Shown here: positions 12,929 to 22,198 of the stretch, in pieces
Layout: each line of letters begins with the position of its first letter
How positions within the stretch are numbered: position 1 is the stretch's first letter
From: Nemertoderma westbladi
Lineage: Eukaryota; Animalia; Xenacoelomorpha
NCBI GenBank assembly: GCA_032718475.1
Contig: JAUCBJ010008429.1
Span: 1-45,400, forward strand
DNA length: 45,400 nt
Reading direction: 5' to 3'
Made by a program: the position numbers and the translations under genes
Notes under the pieces: model-generated
Seen by the model: the letters and a program-made list of their open reading frames with translations, nothing else
Database searches by the model: none
What the model was told of the DNA's origin: nothing

Positions 12929-13085
12929 GTAAAACTATCTTATGGCTTTCCTATATTACAGTAGGTATTGTTATTAATGTGATAGGCAATGGGAAATAAA
13001 TGCAAATAAAATAAAGGCTATCAATTGCCTGAACAATGAATACATCCCACAGTGTTTACAAATCTGGCCCCATCAAAGGAGAGTT

Positions 13086-13345
13086 CTAAGGCGCCGGGTG
13101 ATTGGTTATCATCACACTTCACCCTAAGGCGTGCGGTGATTGGTTATCATCACACTTCACCCTAAGGCGTGCGGTGATTGGTTATCATCACACTTCACCC
13201 TAAGGCGTGCGGTGATTGGTTATCATCACACTTCACCCTAAGGCGTGCGGTGATTGGTTATCATCACACTTCACCCTAAGGCGTGCGGTGATTGGTTATC
13301 ATCACGCTTCACCCTAAGGCGTGCGGTGATTGGTTATCATCACAT
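13086..13345. repeat. 38-bp minisatellite, about 7 units
   Basis: Unit CTAAGGCGTGCGGTGATTGGTTATCATCACACTTCACC. Confidence 0.95.
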
Positions 13346-13613
13346 TCCATCATCCGTTAGTTATACTAGACCAACTGTTAGCCGATAGATTAATTTTGCT
13401 AAAAATCATATTGATGAAGTTTGAAGTTATAACGTTTTTCGTTTGAAAATTTTTGTTTTGATTTGATGAAATGGATGTAAAGTTAATGTACATATTTCCA
13501 AAACTTTATTTTATCAGACAAAATATCACCTTTAAGGAAAACGCTTAAAGCAACTGAGAGGTCTACTTTGAAGTACCGTAAGGAATTCAGATATTTAAAC
13601 TCCTATTATGACA

Positions 13614-13734
13614 CAGTCAAGGTTGAAAGCCTGGGTTGGGCTAGACTGCAGTATTTAAGAGGGGGTATGGGGGGGCCCCATACCCCCTCTTAAATACTGC
13701 AGTCTAGCCCAACCCAGGCTTTCAACCTTGACTG
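13614..13734. repeat. Perfect 59-bp-arm palindrome with 3-nt loop
   Basis: CAGTCAAGG...TATGGGG ggg CCCCATA...CCTTGACTG. Confidence 0.95.
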
Positions 13735-13840
13735 GGTGATAAATGGGAACCAAGGTATTGGGAAAGAGTGTGGAAGGCTTTACCCCGATCACACCGATGG
13801 TGGTGAACAGGCATTCATTGTCTTTATGGACCTAATAGTT
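13690..13840 (+). mobile_element. SINE body lacking its tRNA head (Deu/Nin-like central domain)
   Basis: Similar to the reverse complement of 42076-42260. CCCAACCCAGGCTTTCAACC...GATAAATG resembles the Nin/Deu SINE domain. Confidence 0.6.
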
Positions 13841-13920
13841 TACAGTTGAATTTTTTAACTTATTTGACTCATTTACTCTAGTCATTATTGGTGTTATGGG
13901 TGAATGAGTGGTTTCATGTT

Positions 13921-14037
13921 ATTATAAATTTTTGATTGGGCACAGCTTGTGCAAAGTCGGCAATGACGTCCAGGTGGGATCGAACTGGTAACCTCCTAAT
14001 TGGAAGTCTGATGGTCTAACCATACAGCTAGCGGCTC
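13921..14037 (-). mobile_element. tRNA-derived SINE head
   Basis: Minus strand has an A-box-like TAGCTGTATGG, a CTTCCAA loop and a B-box AGTTCGATCC. Confidence 0.65.
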
Positions 14038-14166
14038 AGGTAAAAGATAGACCTGGAAATACTATCTGATACCTTGTATGTCCGCAATTTACCTCCTCAT
14101 GGCCTCCCATCTGTCAATACCATCATATGCTGCCACTTTTGTCAACCCTACCTGACTTCGCCTTCT

Positions 14167-14263
14167 TAGAGCGTCATACTTCCAACCCGGATGTTACCAG
14201 TTCAATCCCACCTGGACGTCATTGCCGACTTTGCAAAAGCTGTGCCCAACAAAAAGTTATAAT
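14167..14263 (+). mobile_element. Second copy of the same SINE head, inverted relative to 13921-14037
   Basis: GTTACCAGTTCAATCCCACCTGGACGTCATTGCCGACTTTGCA is nearly the reverse complement of the left copy. Confidence 0.65.
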
Positions 14264-14311
14264 TGACTCTAGTTGGTAGTGGTACTCCAGTATTCCAATT
14301 ACTTCCTTTAG

Positions 14312-14477
14312 ATGAGCGCCTACGAGCAATATTTAATGTCGGCGTATAGAACTGGGATCCTCGCGTTGGAGACATTGGCTCGACGGAATCAGGACGAGCG
14401 ACCGCAGCTTAAGTTTGCTAAGAACCCGCCCTACGCCGAAAACGTTAAGTGGTTGATGGAGATTGCTAATAAATTGG
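14312..14477 (+). CDS. ZSWIM8: ZSWIM8 exon (MSAYEQYLMSAYRTGILALETLARR...PPYAENVKWLMEIANKLG)
   Basis: Matches the conserved ZSWIM8 C-terminal AYRxGxLALE.L.RR...PPY...VKWL...A.KLG motif as I recall it. AG and GTTAGT borders, ends in phase 1. Confidence 0.92.
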
Positions 14478-14797
14478 GTTAGTTTGCTAAACCGAACCAC
14501 TTAATTTAGTTAGTTTGGCAAAGCCGAACCACACACTACATTAGGTTAGTTTGCCATCTAGGCCAATAAATTATGTTAGTTTGTCATCTGTACCAATAAA
14601 TATATTAGTTTTCCATCTGGGCCAATAAATTATGTTAGCTTGCAATTTGGGCCTATAAATTAGGTTAGTTTGCCATCTGGGCTATTAAATTAGGTTAGTT
14701 TGCCATCTGGGCTATTAAATTAGGTTAGTTTGCCATCTGGGCTATTAGATTAGATTAGTTTGCCATCTGGGCTATTAAATTAGATTAGTTTGCCATC
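14478..14797. repeat. 30-bp minisatellite, left part (degenerate toward the exon)
   Basis: Unit GTTAGTTTGCCATCTGGGCTATTAAATTAG. Confidence 0.95.
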
Positions 14798-16881
14798 GTA
14801 CTCACCGGTGGGGGGCGGAATCTCGGTTTCTGACGGGGTATCTTACTCCTGGAGTTGCTCTCTATTCCGTCCAACTTGGCGAGACTCTGTTTTGAAAACA
14901 TCGAGTCATTCATGGCTTCGGAGATATCGTCCAGGAATGCCGACATTTCAAGGAAGCTAGGATCTCGATCTGGATGTCTGCGCCGGAGATCTACGCATTT
15001 ATAAGCCCACTTACTTTGTAGCCATCCGGGGAACTTCCGGGCGATCTGTCGGAGGTTTAGAATGTTGTTCACCTGGTCCTCCTTATTCAAGGGTTTCAGA
15101 GTATAGTAGGCATCCTTCATAGAGTCGGAGAATTCCTGGATGTTCTGTGGGTCCCCTAGTGATCCCGCGTCCTGTATCAGTCTCTCTAGAGTTTTATTAA
15201 TTATAGTTCCGGTATTTCCGTATCTTTTATCTAGAGTTTTCCATGCGTCATAGTATGCCTCATGAGAACCTCCCTCAAAACACGCAATAATTCGGCGTGG
15301 TTTGTCACCCAGGTATTGCGATAAATATACCAATTTCTGTGCGTCGGCTATGTCCGTTGATCCAATCTGCGCAAAGAACTGTTTCTTGAATCTGAGGTAA
15401 TCGACGGGATCTCCTTCGAATGTGCGGATCTCCATCTTGGGCATGGCAAGGCGGTTTTCCAACGCCCGGATAATACCGACATCGTCTGAACTGGAGTGAC
15501 TCGGAGGGTTATAGTTATTGGCACTCACTCCCATACTCGATGGATCAATGATAGATGGAGTTTTAATGATGACGCGACTACGGGTTTGTGGTGTGGATGT
15601 AAATGGGTTGTTGGATCGGGGAGTGGCGTCCCGTTCCGAGTCCCTTTCAGGCTCGTACTTGGGTACACTCGTTGTCGTGGGGTTGGATGGGAAACACGGT
15701 TCCTCATTTTTCAGCGTAACCGGTGGGGGATGGAACACCGGTGCTTGTGCCGATAACGTAGACTGTATGATAGGCGGGATCTCGGGTTTCGGAAGTTTTG
15801 CCGCTGTTGGTGTAAATGACTTCTCTAACTCCGGTACCGGGATTGGTTCATATTCCTGATCTATTTCCCTTTCCCAGTCCTCGTATAGTTGGATATCTCG
15901 TTCTATAAGTGCGGCTTCATATTCCGCGAGTTTCGCAATATCCGCATTCTTTTTGTGGATGAGAATCGCTTGGGCCTCGGCGTGTTGTTTACGCATTTCT
16001 GCTTCCCATTTACGTTGTTCGATCTCTTGTTTGGCTTCTCGTTCACGTTGTTCAGCTTCCTGTTTGGCCTCTCGTTCACGTTGTTCAGCTTCCTGTTTGG
16101 CCTCTCGTTCATGTTGTTCAGCCTCCCTTTTGGCCTCTCGTTCACGTTGTTCAGCCTCCCTTTTGGCCTCTCGTTCACGTTGTTCAGCCTCCTGTCTATG
16201 TTGTTCGGCCCGCCGTTCGACCTCTTGTTCGGCCTCCCGCTTTTGCATTTCGGCGGCTAATATGTCTTGCTCGGTTTGCAGTTGAACGTACTCATCTTCC
16301 ATCCGAGCTTTGAGGGCTAATGCCTTCTGTTCTCGTAGCTGATCTCGGAGTGGCGGCCCCCCTTGAGAACTGCGCGCTGAGCCGGATATCTCGCTCCTAG
16401 CGCTGGAGCGCTGGTGTCTTGAGGACCCCGTTTTCTTTCGATGAATTGTGGTCCTGGTATTGGAGGTTCGCACCGATTCTGCGTCTGTTCTTTCAGCTCT
16501 CTTGTAGTACTGTTCTTCGTAGCCTCTCACGAGGCTAAGGGTCCTCCGGTGTTGTTTGCGGAATTCGTCTAGGCGTGCAACGTGTTCTTCCAATTTGGGA
16601 TAATTTACCTGGTCGGTGGCGGGGATGAGTTCTTGGTACGCCTGTATCATTCTCTCATATCTTTGTAAGATATTTCGGATACTCTGAAGCTGAGTTTGTA
16701 TCTCGTTGAGGGGGGTTTCGACTCCCTTGAGTTGTTTCTCTATACGTTGGTAGGCTCGAGTGACTCCGCCTTTGAGAGCACCTAGTCGACGAGCCATGTT
16801 CTTGATGTTCGGTACCTCGTCGGTTTCGGAGTCTGTGTGGTGATCCATCTCATCGGTATCGGATACGTTATTTGTCGTCAT
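14785..16881 (-). pseudogene. gag: Truncated gag of the second internal copy (open for 698 aa, ends in the minisatellite)
   Basis: Near-identical to 29606-27517. FEGDPVDYLRF and QKLVYLSQYL are Pao gag motifs; EAEQREREAK(R/Q) 33-bp repeats. Confidence 0.9.
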
Positions 16882-17069
16882 TGTAGCGCCTCGTCGATAG
16901 CTAGATAGGCGATGTCGTAAAACAGTTCCTCGTAGGTATTGTACTCAGCTTGGACCACCCGAACGGTAATCCTGAATCGTCCGACGTTCGTTCCTTGTAC
17001 TTCAACCTCGACGTGCCAGATTCCTGGCTCAACTTGGATTATATCAATGGGTGTGATCGATACTTCCAT
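16878..17069 (-). CDS. 63-aa ORF of unknown function overlapping gag by ATGA (copy 2)
   Basis: ATG start; its stop overlaps the gag start; protein-like amphipathic pattern. Confidence 0.5.
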   Translation of the reverse strand: MEVSITPIDIIQVEPGIWHVEVEVQGTNVGRFRITVRVVQAEYNTYEELFYDIAYLAIDEALQ

Positions 17070-17616
17070 TCCCTGTTAACAACTCTCCAAATATGTGATC
17101 TGCCGACTACGAGTTGGTTAGATCGAGTTTGTTGATTAATTAAACCACGACTTAGTCTTAACTCAAATACCAGAGTTACCTCGTAGTGGGTGCTGGCAAG
17201 CACGTAGAGAGTTTTGAAGAGTATTTGTAGGATTCTCAACTTCCACCAGTTGAAGTTGGCCGCGTTTTATTCTCAATTTTGACACCCTGTCAAAATTGAC
17301 CGAATTATTCTCAATCTTGTTGCCGTTATCCCGACACCAGGGGGGGAAAAACGCCGATGCTGGAGGCGGGGCTTTACAGACCACGGAGTCCCGGCCAGTC
17401 ACCGGATATTGATTGTGGAGAAGGAGGAATTTCTTAGATGCAGGATTGCGGTTGAGAAAAAGCTGCATTGGTTGGATATATTCTTTAATGTAGTTAACCC
17501 TGTTACAATCCTGATTGAGAATAATTTTGGGCTTCCCCAAATCAATATACACCAAATATTCACAATAATTATACACGACAATATAAATCCCTACAGTATA
17601 TTATTTAATTACCCAC

Positions 17617-18813
17617 TGTTCGCTCAGATTTTAGCCTAACTAATGTTCCCCAGATTTTCCCTCGGTCCTAGTCTTGATGCCGTAGTGTCGGTGTCGGTCG
17701 ACCCTGTCGCGTGTCCGTTCCACCCCTCCCGAAACCCGAAGGGATCAATCATCGAGAACCAGCACGGCTTGGCTAAGGGTCGGTCCAGTCGGTAGACTCT
17801 GTCGCGTATCCGTACCACCCCTCTCGAACCCCGAAGGGATCGGTCATCGAGAACCAGTACGGCTTGGCTAGGAGTCTGTCGTGTCGGTGGACCCGTTCGC
17901 GTGTCCGTCCCACCCCTCACGAACCCCGAAGGGGACAATCATCGAGAACCAGTACGGCTTGGCTAGGGGTCCGTCGGTTCATCGCAGAAACCCAACCACC
18001 TAGGCTTTCCGAGTCCCTTTCAGGCTCGTAGTCGCTTCGGCAGCCGAGAAACTGCTCCGAACAGTCGGTAGGCCGGTAGAGTCCAGTCCTTTGTCTTTCG
18101 ACCCCGTCGCGTGTCCGTCCCACCCCTCACGAACCCCGAAGGGAACGATCATCGAGAACCAGTACGGCTTGGCTAAGGGATCTGTCGTCGGTCCCGTCGC
18201 AAATCCCTGGTACAAGCAGCCGGCGTTCCGATGTCCTTTTCAGGCTCGTAATAACTGCTGTTGACCAGAGACCGCTAAGGGCAGTCCTCGTCAAACCCTT
18301 CCTCTGTTAGTCGGTAGACCCTTTCGCGTGTCCGTCCCACCCCTCACGAACCCCGAAGGGAACGATCATCGAGAACCAGTACAGCTTGGCTAGGGGTCTG
18401 TCGTGTCGTTTCCCGTCACAAGTCCCTGACACAAGCAGCTGGCGTTCCAATGTCCTTTTCAGGCTCGTAATAACTGCTGTTGGCCAGGGACCGCTAAGGG
18501 CAGTCCTTGTCCTTTAGGCCTGGCGCATTACCAAATCCACCTCTACAGGCAGCAGGAAGTTGGCCAGGGCCTAATAGTAATCAGGCTAACCTGAATACTG
18601 CTTGAATTTTCCATCCCCCCTTGGCCCTTATAAACATGAAATTAGTCCCGTACCCTGTAAGTCGCCCCAAAGTTCGCCCATAAATCGCCCCCAGTTTATA
18701 GAATGTGCCCAAAACCCATGGTCCCGCACCCAGTAGTAATATCGGAATAATCATTTTAAATTAATACAAAAAATATTCAACTCGCGTTATAAAAAGTTGA
18801 AATACCGCGAACA
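17617..18813 (-). repeat. 3' (shared) LTR, 1197 bp
   Basis: TGTTCGC...GCGAACA inverted termini, preceded on minus by the PPT. The 17617 end is inferred only from the terminal inverted repeat. Confidence 0.85.
17696..18403 (-). other. Five copies of a ~90-nt candidate structured RNA motif in the LTR (also 30420-31127)
   Basis: Covarying closing stem, C(UUCG)G hairpin and a possible pseudoknot. Confidence 0.6.
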
Positions 18814-18822
18814 GTCCCCCCA
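18814..18822 (-). other. Polypurine tract
   Basis: Minus strand TGGGGGGAC abuts TGTT of the LTR. Confidence 0.75.
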
Positions 18823-18986
18823 ATGACCTTCGTGAGGTCTATCGGTAGATTGAGTTTGCGTAGGTCATTCCCAATATAAAAAACCCAAATTTAATATTGC
18901 ATAGTTTTAATTAATTTGGCCTAGAGTTTATATATATATGTATAAAAATAAATGTTCGATAAATGTTCCTGGAATATCCCGATCCA

Positions 18987-21613
18987 CTATTTCTTTCTCT
19001 GATACGCCTTTCGCCTCTTCGCCCGTCGGCTCTCGTCGATCGCTATAGCTGGTAGAGGAGCGTCAACATCCATCGTGAGCAACGCTTCGGCTTGTCTCCT
19101 GGCGGCTCTTCCTTTCGATGGCATCGGGATCATATCGGTTCGTCGTTCCAACTCGGAGTTGCGAGCCTCGAGGAACCACTCTCCGTCACCGAACTCCTCT
19201 TTATACGAGTATAAGCGTCTAATGACTTCGAATGGGCCGAATAATCCAGCGCTCAGCAACAAATCCACGTAATGGAAAGGCAGCGTGGCAGACGTGTGGA
19301 GGCGTTCCGGGAAGGAGAAATACCCGCACGCCATCTCCTGCGCGATATTCCGAGCGTTTCTCCGAACCTTGGTCTTTATGTGGCTGTTTGCATATGTTTC
19401 AAACATGACCATATTTCCCATAGCGGTAATGTCTTTGGGAGGACATTTGATATAGCAGCGGGGGCTAGAGGAATGTCCACAGAAACCGCACGTGGTGCAG
19501 AGGTTATATAGGATCGGACAGACGGAAACGTCGTGACCCGATGTCGCGCAGTATGGGCAATCCAGTATGGGAGTATCCCGAGGAGCTGGAGGCACGAATC
19601 GGTAACCCGATTCCTTCTACCGCGTGGGCACTGCTCCGAACCACAGTCACCGCACACCTCCAATTGCATCTCTCGACCGGGGAATATCGGAATCGGGACG
19701 CCGACGTAATACTCGAGTCGTCGGTCGCTCTTCTGAATATTCGCGGTGGTCGGTAGCCCGCGGAAGGCTGGGCTTTTGCGTAGTAGGTCCTCGCTACTAT
19801 AACCTTCTTTGTGTCCCGTCGGTCTCAACTCGGACGACCGTTTCTGGCGGTGGATCCATTCGGTTTGCTCGGCGTACCAACGGGTTAGTGGCATAGGATC
19901 CTGAGGAACGGAGGGTGTAGTAGCCACCGCTGGTCGGCGAAGAGGTGCCGGGGTTTTCGACGGAGGGTTTCCGAGGAGATCGTCGGGAGTCGGCGCAGCG
20001 CTGGGGCCCTTCTCGACCAATATCGCTGAGCGGGTCCGTTGATTGCTGGTACTCGGAATCTCCGACGACCAGTCTTCGCCACCCGGGAAAGGATACGGGG
20101 ATAACCTTTGGCACGTATCGCCGAAGTCGTTTAACGCGAAGGTAGTAACCAACTCCCTCACAGGGCTACCGAAGCCGAGTGGTGAGGAAACGCCCGCTTC
20201 CGTCGTTGGTTCGGTGGAGGCAACCCGTTTGGCGGCCGGTTGGTAAGCGGCCTCCGGCTCGAGTTGTCGCTTCGGGGTGGAGAGTAGAACACCCTCATTT
20301 AGCCATATTTCTTCCCCTTCCGAAGAAATCAGAGGCTCCTCCGCACCGAGAAGTTCGGTAATCGTAGGGATGTCGTAAGGTCCGCTCTCGTCCCAGGAAT
20401 CGATAACAGCGAGTGTTTTAGTCTCTCCCGGTGTGATGTTCTCGACCGCTTTGAACGCGTGGTTTATAACCTCGTTCCAGTCGTAGTCGATGAAGGAAAG
20501 AGGAACCGCCGTAATAAGGTTATCGAGAGTTTTACAGATAAACTTAGCGACGGTGTAGCACTCCATAACGACGTAGACATAGTTCCGTCGATCGGGATTC
20601 TCCCACCTTTGGTGTATCGTCCACTTCCGATCAACGTCCTTCCATCGACCCTCTCGCTCGCTCTTTATTTCTAATCCCGGGTATCCACCATATATTTTAT
20701 TATAGTCCCGGAATTTCTGGGGTTTGAAGTCGATGCCGCCGTTTAGCACAGCGAGGTAGCCGATCCCGGATTTCGTCGGTCTCACCTCTTGGAATCCTCG
20801 CATGAACTCGGCGAATCGTAACCAGGCTAGTAGCGTTTGAGTGTCGACGCAATGGCTAAGGGCGTTGAGGTCGTCTCGTCGGTTTCTTCCTGAAGGAGCG
20901 TTCGCGTAGTCGTTCCGGACGTCCGCCTTTATATCCGACCCGATTTTAATGACGTCGAAGTCGAAGAGGATCTTTTGGATTTCCGGAGGTAGCAACCAGA
21001 TCGCTCCGGCTGCCTGCACTTCCTGTCTGGGTGTCGGAAATATTCGACACACCAATACCAAACCGTCCAGGGTTCCGAGGACGACGACCAAGGATCGACC
21101 GTATTCTTTCGCCCCATATTTTTCTTGGTAGTCGTCGCGATTTTGGATGGTCGATATACGTTCCTCTCGAAGCATCGCCGTACACTCCGACAGGTTTCCC
21201 CAGTGGGCGAGGTACGTACTCTTGTCGTCGACGAAACTTTGACATCTCGCCAACGTAATCGCTTTCGAGGTGGGCGTCGCGTTTCCCTCGTTGTCGTAGA
21301 TCAAACATCGGGATCTGTAGACGCTCTGCCGGAACGTTTCCCAAAACGACGAATCGTCCCCTCCGGTTGCCTTTGCGTTCCGAGTTCTTTTCAGTCTCGT
21401 ACTAGCATCGGCTAACCGGAGGGCTCGTAGATTCTTGGAATCCGGTCCCTCTCGCCCGGTGAATTTAACGACTCGCACGTTCTTATTTAGCAGGGTGCTC
21501 CAATTTGTATCAAAGTCAGGGGATCCAGGTTGCGAATATTCCAGTAGATCTATCGTGTTACGTAATTCGCCGATAATTTGGCGATTTGGGTCCATATTTA
21601 CGATTATGTCCAT
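18987..21613 (-). CDS. Accessory ORF: DEDDy-like 3'-5' exonuclease, P/S/T-rich linker, CCHC knuckles; one frameshift near 19615; about 875 aa joined
   Basis: ExoI IYDNEG, LPPEIQKILFDFDVIKIGSDIKAD (ExoII), VDTQTL, GIGYLA, RW...YVVME (ExoIII); CPYCATSGHDVSVC and CTTCGFCGHSSSPRC. Confidence 0.75.
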
Positions 21614-22198
21614 TACAAATTAGATCAGTTAATTATAAGTCCAGAAAGTCTGAAACTATAGTGATTGCAGAATAATTCAGTTCAGTTTATTAAATAACAT
21701 TGCTATATAGGCATCTATCATCTTATTGCTAATACATTCAGCATTTACAGTTACTATAACTATACATTAATATCCAACCAGTTTTTATGACTTTTTATGT
21801 CCTTTCTTTTTTCCAATTCTTTTCTTCAGACTTTTTTTTATACCTTTTTTTTGTCTTTTTTTCATTTCTCTTTATTATTTCATCTCATTTCATTTATTTC
21901 AACATATTTCAACACATTTATTTCCACCATTTATTTCACATTTCATTTATTTCCACATATATTTCATCATTTAGTTCCACCATTTATTCTCAATTTTGTT
22001 TATTTCCACATCATCATTGGGGTTATAGCCCCCCGGCTATCATCATTTGTTATAAGCGCAGCACCAGGGTGCGCATCATTACATTTTCATCATCATACGC
22101 GTCACCATTCAGGTTTATAGTAGAGTTGTCTGATTCTTTTCATCGTTTCCAACTACATTCAATCATCTTCTTTGGTTAATCTTTGTCGTGGAAGGGGT

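Noticed and set aside
13940-14037. Functional tRNA-Gly genes (also 42275-42346)
   Set aside because: Stems are imperfect and the heads run into repeat bodies; one has a TSD. Treated as SINE heads.
17696-18403. Hammerhead or HDV ribozyme in the LTR repeats
   Set aside because: CGATGA is not CUGANGA, no correctly placed GAAA follows, and no HDV P1/P1.1 topology could be built.
19376-21613. Accessory ORF as env
   Set aside because: No signal peptide, TM anchor or Cys-rich ectodomain; exonuclease motifs instead.
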